A DNA stretch of 64,000 nt from an uncultured Bacteroidota bacterium (GTDB lineage: Bacteria > Bacteroidota > Bacteroidia > 2-12-FULL-35-15): positions 4,405 to 68,404 of the forward strand of contig CAIYIS010000025.1 in NCBI GenBank assembly GCA_903926385.1. The letters run 5' to 3'. The notes under the pieces are model-generated. The model was not told where the DNA came from and did no database searches. It saw nothing but the letters and a program-made list of their open reading frames with translations. Below, piece by piece: positions 19,258 through 29,270 of this stretch; the first letter of the stretch is position 1, and every line of letters begins with the position of its first letter. A program made the position numbers and the translations under genes.

Positions 19258-19296
19258 AGGGAAGGAAAGCTTAGAATAGCTTCTTTCCCTTTTTTG
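19258..19296 (+). terminator. Imperfect hairpin + T-tract terminator following the tRNA fragment
   Basis: GGGAAGGAAAGC-ttagaata-GCTTCTTTCCC-tttttt. Confidence 0.45.
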
Positions 19297-19330
19297 TTTT
19301 AATTTTGCAACAATACTTAACCATTAAATC

Positions 19331-20377
19331 ATGCTAGAAAATACAGAACGTACCGAATTAAGTTCTCTTGGAGAATTTGGATTGATAAAACACCTTACTG
19401 AGTTTATTGAAATAAAAAATGAAAGCACCATAAAAGGTGTGGGTGATGACGGAGCTGTGATAGACTATAAAGGTAAACAGATGGTAGTGTCTACAGATAT
19501 GTTAGTGGAAGGAGTTCATTTCGACCTTTCGTATGTTCCGCTTAAACATTTAGGATTTAAAGCCGTTTCGGTAAACCTATCTGACATTTATGCAATGAAT
19601 GCAACACCGAAGCAGATTACTGTATCGCTTGCCATCTCCAACAGATTTTCTGTTGAAGCCATGGAAGAATTGTATGCAGGGATGATGCTGGCATGTGAAA
19701 AACATAAAGTAGATATTGTTGGAGGTGATACAACCACAAACAAATCGGGATTGGTAATAAGCATAACAGCATTGGGAGAAATCTCCCCCGAAGATGTTGT
19801 GTATCGCAATGGTGCAGGTGAAGGAGATTTGTTGTGTGTAACCGGTGATTTGGGAGGAGCTTATGTAGGATTACAACTGCTGGAAAGAGAAAAAAGAATT
19901 TTTTTGGAAACACCAAATGTTCAACCTGATTTAGGAGGTAATGATTACATCCTAGAACGTCAACTTAAACCTGAAGCACGAAAAGATATTCCTGTTTTAT
20001 TAAAAAAACTGGAAGTAAAACCCACTTCCATGATTGATATTTCGGACGGACTGGCATCCGAAATACTTCATCTGTCAACTCAATCGGATGTAGGGTGTAA
20101 TTTATATGAAGAAAAAATCCCAATTGATCCGCAAACGTATAACATGGCGCGTGAATTTAACCTCGACCCAACTGTTTGTGCTTTGAGCGGAGGAGAAGAT
20201 TATGAATTATTGTTTACCATCAAACAATCTGATTTTCCTAAAGTAAAAGCCAATCCTGACATTTCGGTAATAGGACATATGACTAATAAAAAAGATGGAG
20301 TAAATTTAATTACAAAAGGAGGCTCTTCGCATCCGCTTACTGCCCAAGGTTGGGATTCGTTGCTGAATAAAAATTAG
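19331..20377 (+). CDS. thiL: Thiamine-monophosphate kinase
   Basis: GDDGAVIDYKG...VVSTDMLVEGVHF...VSVNLSDIYAMNATP...DIVGGDTT is an AIR-synthase-related ThiL signature. Confidence 0.8.
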   Translation: MLENTERTELSSLGEFGLIKHLTEFIEIKNESTIKGVGDDGAVIDYKGKQMVVSTDMLVEGVHFDLSYVPLKHLGFKAVSVNLSDIYAMNATPKQITVSLAISNRFSVEAMEELYAGMMLACEKHKVDIVGGDTTTNKSGLVISITALGEISPEDVVYRNGAGEGDLLCVTGDLGGAYVGLQLLEREKRIFLETPNVQPDLGGNDYILERQLKPEARKDIPVLLKKLEVKPTSMIDISDGLASEILHLSTQSDVGCNLYEEKIPIDPQTYNMAREFNLDPTVCALSGGEDYELLFTIKQSDFPKVKANPDISVIGHMTNKKDGVNLITKGGSSHPLTAQGWDSLLNKN

Positions 20378-20472
20378 GTTGTATCGAAATTAAAATTAAT
20401 TTTGAGACCTGTTACTGCTATAGATTTGAAAATGCATGAGCAGTAACTTTACTCACTTTCTGTGCAAACACA

Positions 20473-23469
20473 ATGATGAAAAAACAAAGAATTATTCTAT
20501 TACTTTTTTGTGCTTTCACTCTCCTATTGTGTGTTCCTAAAACATTTGCCCAATCTTATTATTTCAGAAATTATTCTGTTGAAGATGGCTTGCCTTTCAT
20601 TGAGGCTTCCGTAATTTTTCAGGATATGAATGGTAACTTGTGGTCGGGAGGTTATGGGGGATTGAGTAAATTTGACGGAGTTCAGTTTACTAATTACTCT
20701 CCTAAAGACGGCTTATTAAACCACCTTGTAACAACCATAAACGAAGACAATTCAGGAAATTTATGGATAGGAACCATAAGCGGTATCAATAAATTTGATG
20801 GTAATAAATTTACCAGTTATACCACCAAAGATGGATTGCCTAGTAACACCATTTCTTGTATTCTCAAGGCCATAAACGGAGATTTGTGGATTGGTACAGA
20901 CAAAGGGTTAAGCCGTTTCAGTGAGGAGGTGTTTACAAATTATTCAGTAAAAAACGGATTGGAAAATGCTGATATCCGTTCGCTTTATCAAGATAAAAAA
21001 GGCACTATTTGGATTGGGACTTCTTGCGGAATCAGCTATTACAATGGAAATAAGTTTGAAAGTAATGATGCCGTTGTTTCCTTTTTTAAATCTTCCGAAA
21101 GTAATGAAGCCAATATAATTAATGGGTTTTCGGAAGACGAGCAGGCCATGTGGATAGCAACTGAAAAGGGATTGCTGAAATGTGTGACAGATGCAACGGG
21201 GATAAAAAAATATACTTCCATAGAACAATGTTGGAACAAAAGTTTAAGTTCGGCACTTGTGGATGCAAGAAATACGATTTGGCTGGGTACAGAAAAAGGA
21301 CTAATAAAATATGACCGCAATACTATTTCGAAATTATCTATACGCATAACACAAAACAGTAACATTGTTCATTGTTTGTTTCAGGATTATGAGAACAATT
21401 TATGGATTGGTACTTCTGCAGGATTATTTAAGTACAGAGGAAATCCATTTATCAGCTTTGGGCTTAATGATGGTTTAACCAATAATTTTATTCATGGTTT
21501 AAAACGAGATTCACATGGCAATTTATGGGTAGGTTCTCAAAGTGGTTTGTTTAAATACAGCAATCATCAGTTTACTAATTACGATGAAGTAGATGTAAAA
21601 AAAGGAACAAACATTAATGACATTCTGGAGGTGGATTCGAAAACGCTATGGCTAGCCACTAACAAAGGTTTAATGACTTATGACGATGGCTTTTTTATTC
21701 GTAAACTAAAACCAAAAGGAGAAGGAGTTTATAAAAATCCAATCAACACATTTTTTAAAGATTCGAAGTCGAATATATGGATAGCGGGCAATAATGAAGT
21801 GTATAAATATGACGGGAAAGAATTTATCCACTATACATTTAAAAGCAGGAGCGAAAACTATCAGGCTTGGTGCTTTGTGGAGGACAGACAGGGAAACATC
21901 TGGATTGGCACTTATCTGGGAGGTTTGATAAAATATGACGGGAAAACTTTTACCGAATGTTCTGAACAATTAGGTTTTGGAAACGATTCTTTCCTTACTT
22001 CAATTATTGACAAAGAAGGTAACATTTATTTCGGCTGTTTAAATGGGGTGTGGATGTATAACCCATCTGCTCCGGCTAACAAACCAATAAATTTCAGCAA
22101 GGCTGATGGTATGAGTTCTGACTTGGTGTACTCGCTTACGTTTGGAAAAAGAGAAGATGTAATATGGGCAGGAACCAATCAGGGGTTGAATCAGATTGAC
22201 ATTGCCGGGTATAAAAAGAACGGCCAGAAAAATATTATTCCTTTCGGCAAACAGGAAGGTTTTACAGGAGTGGAATGCAATTCGAACGGAACATGGGTGG
22301 ACGCTGATGGTTCCATTTGGTTTGGCACTGTTTACGGATTAATAAAATACGACCCGAATGAATACATCGAAAACAAAATGGAATCGAAAATCAGTATTAC
22401 CGGTTTCAGTTTGTTTTACAACGACACTGTTTTAAAAAACAATGTTCATTTGGGATACAGTGACAATAACATTACGTTTAATTTTTCAGGAATATGTCTG
22501 ACCAACCCCGGAAAGGTGAAGTACTCATATATTCTGGAAGGCTCACAAAAAATCTGGTCGCCACCATCGGGCGAACGCACCACCAATTATTCCAATCTCC
22601 CTCCCGGAACATATACTTTTAAAGTAATCAGTACAAACAACGAAAATGTATGGAACAAAACTCCGGCAACATTTACATTTACCATCGAACGTCCGTATTG
22701 GAAAACATGGTGGTTTAACACCATTCTGTTTGCCTCTCTGTTTATTTCCATTTTCATTTATTTCAGAGTACGCATTCACAATATTAAACTGAGAGAGAAA
22801 CAAAAAACAGAATTGAACAAGAAGATTGCCAACATTGAATCGCAGGCGCTGCGCTCTCAAATGAATCCTCATTTTATATTCAACACACTTGCCTCTATTC
22901 AAGATTATATTCAGGATAACGACAGCGAATCGGCATTGAGGTATCTTACCAAATTTGCGCAACTGATGCGGAAAATTATGGAGAACTCCAAACAGCAACT
23001 CATCACCATAGCCGAAGAAGTGAATGCTTTGAAACTTTATTTGGAGCTGGAAGTAATGCGATTTAAAAAGAAATTTGAATACCATATTAATATAGACGCA
23101 AACATAGATGCAAACTACGACCAAATTCCGTCAATGCTTATTCAGCCTTATGTTGAAAATGCTATTAAACACGGATTGCTGCCGAAAGAAGGAAACGGGA
23201 AACTGGAAATAACGCTGGAAAGGAATGATGATACCATACAATGTATTATAGAAGATAACGGAGTGGGGCGCAAAAAATCGATGGAGTCGAAACGCAACCA
23301 TATCCATCAGCACAAATCGATGGGGATGAACATTACTCAAGAACGATTAACCATTTTAAATTCGAGTTTGAAGAGTAATATTTATGTTGAGATAATCGAT
23401 TTGTATGAAAACGGTGAAGCGGCCGGAACAAAAGTGAAATTGATAATTCCGCTCGAAACAAATGAATAA
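20473..23469 (+). CDS. Sensor histidine kinase: signal peptide, periplasmic two-component-regulator beta-propeller/Y_Y_Y repeats, TM, LytS-type His_kinase + HATPase
   Basis: Repeated NxWIGT/GLxxFDG propeller blades. TM WWFNTILFASLFISIFIYF. The QMNPHFIFNTLASIQ motif is the PF06580 LytS/YehU signature. C-terminal ATPase G-boxes. Confidence 0.75.
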   Translation: MMKKQRIILLLFCAFTLLLCVPKTFAQSYYFRNYSVEDGLPFIEASVIFQDMNGNLWSGGYGGLSKFDGVQFTNYSPKDGLLNHLVTTINEDNSGNLWIGTISGINKFDGNKFTSYTTKDGLPSNTISCILKAINGDLWIGTDKGLSRFSEEVFTNYSVKNGLENADIRSLYQDKKGTIWIGTSCGISYYNGNKFESNDAVVSFFKSSESNEANIINGFSEDEQAMWIATEKGLLKCVTDATGIKKYTSIEQCWNKSLSSALVDARNTIWLGTEKGLIKYDRNTISKLSIRITQNSNIVHCLFQDYENNLWIGTSAGLFKYRGNPFISFGLNDGLTNNFIHGLKRDSHGNLWVGSQSGLFKYSNHQFTNYDEVDVKKGTNINDILEVDSKTLWLATNKGLMTYDDGFFIRKLKPKGEGVYKNPINTFFKDSKSNIWIAGNNEVYKYDGKEFIHYTFKSRSENYQAWCFVEDRQGNIWIGTYLGGLIKYDGKTFTECSEQLGFGNDSFLTSIIDKEGNIYFGCLNGVWMYNPSAPANKPINFSKADGMSSDLVYSLTFGKREDVIWAGTNQGLNQIDIAGYKKNGQKNIIPFGKQEGFTGVECNSNGTWVDADGSIWFGTVYGLIKYDPNEYIENKMESKISITGFSLFYNDTVLKNNVHLGYSDNNITFNFSGICLTNPGKVKYSYILEGSQKIWSPPSGERTTNYSNLPPGTYTFKVISTNNENVWNKTPATFTFTIERPYWKTWWFNTILFASLFISIFIYFRVRIHNIKLREKQKTELNKKIANIESQALRSQMNPHFIFNTLASIQDYIQDNDSESALRYLTKFAQLMRKIMENSKQQLITIAEEVNALKLYLELEVMRFKKKFEYHINIDANIDANYDQIPSMLIQPYVENAIKHGLLPKEGNGKLEITLERNDDTIQCIIEDNGVGRKKSMESKRNHIHQHKSMGMNITQERLTILNSSLKSNIYVEIIDLYENGEAAGTKVKLIIPLETNE

Positions 23470-23513
23470 TATTTTAGATTTGTAGTTTCATAACCGGTAA
23501 TGTTTTTTTAAAT

Positions 23514-24263
23514 ATGATAAAAGCTATAATAATAGATGACGAGAAAGGCGCCCGTGAGTCTTTATCTAAAATGATAGAAAAATACTGCCCTGAAATAAGA
23601 GTGGTAGAAAAAGCAGACTGTATGAAAGCCGCACTCGAGGCTATCGAACTTTACGAACCTCAACTTATTTTTCTGGATATTGAAATGCCCAACGGAAATG
23701 CCTTCGATTTGCTCGAAAAGGTGCGCGATATCAATTTTGAAATAATTTTCACTACCGCTTATGATCATTATGCCATAAAAGCCATAAAATTCAGCGCCAT
23801 TGATTACATTCTAAAACCCATAGACCCCGAAGAACTGGTACTGGCTGTAAACCGCTTGCAAAGTAAGGTGAATCAGAAGGAGGTTATGAAACAAAAGTAC
23901 GATACCCTGATAGGCAATATGAAACCCGGAAGCAAATCAAAAAAAATAGGCTTGCTCGATGGCGATTCGTACGTGTTTGTTGATATTTCCACCATCATTC
24001 GGTGCGAATCTTCGAATAACTTTACCATTTTTTTCTTCACCGATGGAAGAGAATTGGTGGTAACCCGCACTATGGGCGATTTTGAGCAGCTACTCACCGA
24101 TGATGATTTTATGCGGGTTCACCGTTCTCACCTTATCAATTTTAATCATATCAAAAAATTTATTCGTGGCGAAAATGCGTACGTTATTATGGACGATAAT
24201 GCCGAAGTTGAAGTGTCGCGAAGAGGAAGAATGGACATTTTAGACAGAATTTCCAGAGGGTGA
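23514..24263 (+). CDS. LytTR-family response regulator (REC + LytTR DNA-binding domain)
   Basis: MIKAIIIDDE...FLDIEMP is the receiver domain. C-terminal VHRSHLINFNHIKKF is the LytTR signature. Immediately downstream of the LytS-type kinase. Confidence 0.85.
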   Translation: MIKAIIIDDEKGARESLSKMIEKYCPEIRVVEKADCMKAALEAIELYEPQLIFLDIEMPNGNAFDLLEKVRDINFEIIFTTAYDHYAIKAIKFSAIDYILKPIDPEELVLAVNRLQSKVNQKEVMKQKYDTLIGNMKPGSKSKKIGLLDGDSYVFVDISTIIRCESSNNFTIFFFTDGRELVVTRTMGDFEQLLTDDDFMRVHRSHLINFNHIKKFIRGENAYVIMDDNAEVEVSRRGRMDILDRISRG

Positions 24264-24267
24264 CCTA

Positions 24268-24330
24268 CCATTCACCCTGCCAAAAGTACCATTCACACCC
24301 CCTAAAGTACCAAATTCTAAAAGTGCCCCC
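24268..24330 (+). repeat. Repeat element copy A (CCATTCACCCTGCCAAAAGTACCATTCACACCCCC + degenerate third unit), starting 5 bp after the LytTR gene stop
   Basis: 35/35 identity with 28527-28561. Internal 9-bp direct repeats AAAGTACCA-12 bp-AAAGTACCA, and a further AAAGTGCCC. Confidence 0.75.
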
Positions 24331-25098
24331 TTTTTTATTTTTTTCCTCGGTAAATTTGTGCCAGAAATAGCAATCAATTAAAATTTAATCCGATTCTGTT
24401 TTTTTATCAGATTTTATCCTGATAAGTTCTTTGAAAAGAAAAATAAGTAAGAAGGGTTGGCAATTCGTTCTTTTTTTGATTTACTGCATGGGGATGTTGT
24501 ATCAAAAATCAATTCGGCCCTTCCCTTATTTTTTTCGACTCGAAAAAAGTTTAACAATTAATAAATAGAAATCATGAACAGAAAAATCGCATCCATCCGC
24601 AGGCACTATTTCCGCAAAGAGGAGGTAGGAACTGGAACCATTTTGTTGGCTATTGCCACAGTAATTATTATCTTTTTAAGTATTTATAACGCATAGTTGT
24701 TTGTTTAGTTAGTAGTTTGTTTGGTTGTTCAGAGGCGGTATTCATAAGAATATCGCCTTTGTTTTTTTACCGCAATTCCGAAATTCGCCTCCTATTTTCC
24801 TATTTTTCACCATAAATTAAACGCTTTTTATAAATGATTTAACTGTTTTGGATAATTCTTTTATCCGTTTTGGATAAATGTTATAGACGTTTTGTTTATG
24901 ATTTTGTGAGTATGTTTCAATAAATTGATTTAACGGCCATTTGGCGAAAACCTTTTCTATGCCTTAAAAACGTTTCCGAACTCAAAAAGACTACCCAAAA
25001 AAAGGTGTCCTTTTTATAAAAAATGCTTTGTAACCACGTTTTTTAGTACTTTCGCCTTCCATTTATAATTCATCATTTATCATCAATAATTTATTGTC

Positions 25099-26847
25099 AT
25101 GTTACGTACACACACTTGCGGAGAATTAAGAATAACTAATGTTTCACAAACGGTTACCATAAGCGGATGGGTGCAGGGAGTGCGCGACAAAGGCTCCTTA
25201 CTTTGGATTGACTTGCGCGACCGTTACGGAATTACACAAATAACCATCGAAACCGAAAATGCCGATAAAGCAGTTGTTGATAAGGCTCGTTCGTTGGGTC
25301 GCGAATATGTAATCAGTGTTACCGGAAAGGTAAACGAACGGTATTCCAAATCGGATAAAATTCCTACCGGTGATGTGGAAATAACTCCCGAAAAGATTGT
25401 AATTCTCAATACCTCCATCACTCCACCTTTTACCATCGAAGATGATACTGACGGAGGTGACGATATTCGAATGAAATATCGTTACATCGATTTGCGAAGA
25501 AATGCAGTACGTAAAAACCTGGAACTTCGCCACCGAATGGCTATCGAAACCAGATTATATCTTGATAAATTAAGTTTTCTGGAAGTAGAAACACCCGTAC
25601 TTATTAAATCTACTCCCGAAGGAGCCCGCGATTTTGTGGTGCCATCGCGTATGAATCAGGGTGAGTTTTATGCCTTGCCTCAATCGCCTCAAACATTTAA
25701 ACAACTACTGATGGTAGGAGGTTTCGACCGTTATTATCAAATTGTAAAGTGTTTTAGAGATGAAGATTTACGTGCCGACCGTCAGCCCGAGTTTACCCAA
25801 ATAGATTGCGAAATGGCTTTTGTGGAGCAGGAAGATATTTTGAATACCTTCGAAGGATTGATTCGTCATTTATTCAAAAGCGTGAAAGGTATTGATATTC
25901 CTGCGCTATCGCGAATGACCTATGCTGATGCCATGAAATTTTATGGAAACGACAAACCGGACATCCGTTTTGAAATGAAATTTGTGGAATTAAACGACAT
26001 TGTAAAAGGCAAGAGTTTTAAAGTGTTTGACAATGCCGGCTTGGTGGTTGGTATATGTGCCAAAGGTGCTGCCGAATATACCCGCAAGCAACTGGACGAG
26101 TTGACCGAATTTGTGAAACGCCCTCAGATAGGCGCTACCGGCTTGGTGTATGCCCGCTACAACGTAGACGGAACCATAAAATCATCCGTAGATAAATTTT
26201 ATAACGAAGAAGAATTGAAAAAATGGGCAGCTGCATTCAATGCTCAGCCCGGAGACCTTATACTATTGCTTGCCGGAGAAGAACACAAAACCCGCAAAGC
26301 TCTTTCCGAATTGCGTTTGGAAATGGGCAACCGACTTGGCTTACGCGATAAAAACACCTTTGCCTGCCATTGGGTAATCGATTTTCCTTTGCTCGAATTT
26401 AACGATGAGCTCAATCGCTGGTATGCCATGCATCATCCGTTTACTTCACCAAAACCGGAAGATATTCCAATGTTAACCTCCAATCCTGGCACAGTAAGAG
26501 CGAATGCTTACGACATGGTGATAAACGGAGTGGAAGTAGGTGGTGGTTCCATTCGTATTTTCAACAAACAATTACAATCGCAAATGTTCGATTTACTAGG
26601 CTTTTCGAAAGAAGACGCTCAGGCTCAATTTGGATTTTTGATGAATGCCTTCGAATTTGGCGCTCCTCCTCACGGTGGTATTGCCTTCGGATTCGACCGT
26701 TTATGCTCGCTTTTTGGCGGAGCCGAAGTAATCCGCGATTTTATTGCTTTCCCTAAAAACAATTCGGGACGCGATGTAATGATCGATTCACCTTCGCCTA
26801 TTGCACAAGCACAATTGGATGAGTTAGGTATTGGTTTGAAAAAATAA
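25099..26847 (+). CDS. aspS: Aspartate--tRNA ligase
   Basis: N-terminus [11 protein letters not shown], class II motifs [17 protein letters not shown] and GGSIR..., and full length 582 aa. Confidence 0.95.
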   Translation: MLRTHTCGELRITNVSQTVTISGWVQGVRDKGSLLWIDLRDRYGITQITIETENADKAVVDKARSLGREYVISVTGKVNERYSKSDKIPTGDVEITPEKIVILNTSITPPFTIEDDTDGGDDIRMKYRYIDLRRNAVRKNLELRHRMAIETRLYLDKLSFLEVETPVLIKSTPEGARDFVVPSRMNQGEFYALPQSPQTFKQLLMVGGFDRYYQIVKCFRDEDLRADRQPEFTQIDCEMAFVEQEDILNTFEGLIRHLFKSVKGIDIPALSRMTYADAMKFYGNDKPDIRFEMKFVELNDIVKGKSFKVFDNAGLVVGICAKGAAEYTRKQLDELTEFVKRPQIGATGLVYARYNVDGTIKSSVDKFYNEEELKKWAAAFNAQPGDLILLLAGEEHKTRKALSELRLEMGNRLGLRDKNTFACHWVIDFPLLEFNDELNRWYAMHHPFTSPKPEDIPMLTSNPGTVRANAYDMVINGVEVGGGSIRIFNKQLQSQMFDLLGFSKEDAQAQFGFLMNAFEFGAPPHGGIAFGFDRLCSLFGGAEVIRDFIAFPKNNSGRDVMIDSPSPIAQAQLDELGIGLKK

Positions 26848-26857
26848 GGAAGATTAC

Positions 26858-27460
26858 TTAATATTTAAGTTCAATCTTAACACTGTCATTAAGTGTTTTC
26901 GGGGTAGGAAGTTCGTTCGCACCTAAAGGTAATTCTGTAAACGATTCTATCAACTTTATCATGTCTTTCTCGTATTTCTCTTTATTATCGGCCCTTGTCC
27001 ATACAAGAATTTGGTAAAAAGTATAAGGAGTTTCCAAAACAGCAAGTTTATAAAACACTTCTGTTTGATCTACTTTACCCGAAATGTCGGCTACCAATGC
27101 CTTATTTCCATTAATGGTTTCCCTTCCTGGAATACTAATCTTTCCGTTTTTTATCGTTTCGATGAAGCCCTGAGAAGCAATGTTATTAAAGTATAAATCC
27201 ACATTGTAATTCATATCAAAATTAGCCATGGTCTTCTTTTTTTCTTCTATCACTATGGCGTAAATATCTTTTTCAGTATTCAGATATTGCAGAGAAGCAT
27301 CCTTATGCAGGTCGGCACAGGGGTGAAGATAATCGGGCATAAGAATAGTATAACGGTTATTAATTTTAACCTCTGTAAAAACAGCATCACGATGGCACGA
27401 TACCAAAAACACCAGCAGGCTCATTGAAAAAACAAATTTCTTTACCATAGTCAGTCTCAA
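26858..27460 (-). CDS. Lipoprotein of unknown function
   Basis: Signal peptide and Cys (MVKKFVFSMSLLVFLVSCHRD). 200 aa. Confidence 0.4.
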   Translation of the reverse strand: MRLTMVKKFVFSMSLLVFLVSCHRDAVFTEVKINNRYTILMPDYLHPCADLHKDASLQYLNTEKDIYAIVIEEKKKTMANFDMNYNVDLYFNNIASQGFIETIKNGKISIPGRETINGNKALVADISGKVDQTEVFYKLAVLETPYTFYQILVWTRADNKEKYEKDMIKLIESFTELPLGANELPTPKTLNDSVKIELKY

Positions 27461-27658
27461 AATAGTTGAACAAAGAACTTAATTTTTTTTGTCAAAAAAA
27501 AATAAAACACCTGACGTAAGGATAATTTTGTCAAAAAAGGAATGATTTTGTTGAACGAGAAACGAAAAAATCAGTGCAACAGAAATTATATTGAATATCG
27601 ATGACTTCTGCACCATACGATATTCAGTATAATAGATAAAGATTTTGTAAAAATTAAT

Positions 27659-28399
27659 TTACTCTTTCTTTCGTCTTGCAATTTCCTTTCTGCGCATTTC
27701 GGCTTTGTAATCTTTGGTAGTGATAATCACAAGCCCCCCAGTACAATCACCATATTCAGCCGGCACACCTCCGGTGAGAACTATCATTTCGCTTATCCCT
27801 ATGCCCGGAACTGTTGCAGTACCTATCACTCGGTTTCCATCCACATAATACGCATTCGTTCCTCGTCTGGAACCGCGCATATACAAATCTTTTCCATCTT
27901 CTGTAGGTTGCACATCTGGCGAAATAGCAGTTGCTATTTTCACAATATCTGTACTGCCCGAAGCCAAATGGTCTATCTGGTCTATCGAAATGATTTGCAT
28001 GGCAGAAAAATTATTGTCCACAATAGGTTTTACCCAGGCATCGGCAAACACTTCTGTGCCGCCTAACTCAGTTGTGCCGGTGGTCATTTTCCAGTAAACA
28101 TACGATGTAATATTGGGGCTTACTTCCACACTATTTACTAGCATCGTCTTGAATCCGATAAACGAGAATTTAAGATTATACATTCCGGGAGTGAGTAGCC
28201 GAAACGTAAAGTCACCATTATTATCGGTAGATATAGCCGAAATAAGAGTGGAGTCTTCCATCAGTGCAACTGTAACCATGGGCAGATTTCCTCCTTTATC
28301 ATCGGTAATGGTTCCTTTAATAGTTCCTGATACTTGTGCTGAGAGCAGAGTTGACATGCTTAATGCCATTAATACTGCCATTTGTTTTAGATTTTTCAT
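27659..28399 (-). CDS. Truncated TonB-dependent-receptor-like protein: carboxypeptidase-regulatory-like domain + plug only (no beta-barrel)
   Basis: Start moved to MKNLKQMAVLMALSMSTLLSAQ (signal peptide). The track ORF begins 52 codons upstream. SGTIKGTITDDKGGNLPMVTVAL matches the CarbopepD_reg fold. A plug-like C-terminus ends GGLVIITTKDYK. Confidence 0.5.
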   Translation of the reverse strand: MKNLKQMAVLMALSMSTLLSAQVSGTIKGTITDDKGGNLPMVTVALMEDSTLISAISTDNNGDFTFRLLTPGMYNLKFSFIGFKTMLVNSVEVSPNITSYVYWKMTTGTTELGGTEVFADAWVKPIVDNNFSAMQIISIDQIDHLASGSTDIVKIATAISPDVQPTEDGKDLYMRGSRRGTNAYYVDGNRVIGTATVPGIGISEMIVLTGGVPAEYGDCTGGLVIITTKDYKAEMRRKEIARRKKE

Positions 28400-28526
28400 A
28401 TTGATTTTTGTTTTAGTGAAACGATTCTTTATATCTAAGACAAACTGAAAAGCAAATTCCATAAAATAATTTGTTAAATCTTTCATTTTTTCTGCAAACA
28501 ACATCCAATTCTTAAAAACACAATTG

Positions 28527-28576
28527 CCATTCACCCTGCCAAAAGTACCATTCACACCCCCAAAAGTGCCGAATTC
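28527..28576 (+). repeat. Repeat element copy B in the divergent promoter region between the plug-like gene and the ECF sigma gene
   Basis: CCATTCACCCTGCCAAAAGTACCATTCACACCCCC is identical to copy A, followed by AAAAGTGCCGAATTC. Confidence 0.75.
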
Positions 28577-28687
28577 AAGATTTGGTCGGCTAGGAGAAAA
28601 TAAATGTAGTATAACTTTATGGAAAGAGACCTCTAAGATTGTCTTACTAATAGAGACCCGTTTCCGTAACTAATAAAATATTCGGCT

Positions 28688-29260
28688 ATGAGTTATTCAG
28701 AAATCAATTTCAGCAAGCTTAGCGATAGCGAGCTACTGGAGAATTACAAACAAACACACGATAAGAAGGTGATTGGCGAACTTTATAAACGTTACACTCA
28801 CTTAATTTTGGGTATGTGTATTAATTTTTATAGAGATAGAGACGATGCAGAGGATGCATTGCTCCAGATTTTCGAACAGTTAATGGAAGACCTGAAAAAG
28901 CATGAAGTAAATTGTTTTAAAGCCTGGCTAATTTGCAAAGTAAAAAATTATTGTCTGAACGACTTAAGGTGTAAAGATTTTCAGAATCTGGCAATGCAGC
29001 AATTCCAACAATTTGTCAGCACAGATGTTTCGGAACCCGACAATGAGTTGCTCGATAAAAAGGAAAATATGTTAGAACGCCTCCATAAGTCGATTCATGA
29101 ATTAAATGATTTTCAAAAAAAATGTATTGAATTGTATTACCTGCAAAATAAATCCTATGCCCAAATTGTTGCTATAACAGGCTATTCCCTCAAGGAAGTG
29201 AAAAGCTATTTGCAAAACGGAAAACGTAATTTGAAATTAATATTGTTAAATAATAAATAA
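28688..29260 (+). CDS. RNA polymerase sigma-70 factor, ECF subfamily
   Basis: Region 2 (ELYKRYTHLILGMCINFYRDRDDAEDALLQIF) and region 4 HTH (LYYLQNKSYAQIVAITGYSLKEVKSYL). Confidence 0.75.
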   Translation: MSYSEINFSKLSDSELLENYKQTHDKKVIGELYKRYTHLILGMCINFYRDRDDAEDALLQIFEQLMEDLKKHEVNCFKAWLICKVKNYCLNDLRCKDFQNLAMQQFQQFVSTDVSEPDNELLDKKENMLERLHKSIHELNDFQKKCIELYYLQNKSYAQIVAITGYSLKEVKSYLQNGKRNLKLILLNNK

Positions 29261-29270
29261 ATCATCCCCA

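Noticed and set aside
22543-23124. 193-aa minus-strand ORF, plus ORFs 20944..21228, 21039..21365 and 21706..21969
   Set aside because: They are antisense inside the 998-aa histidine kinase gene, with low-complexity translations. They are shadow ORFs.
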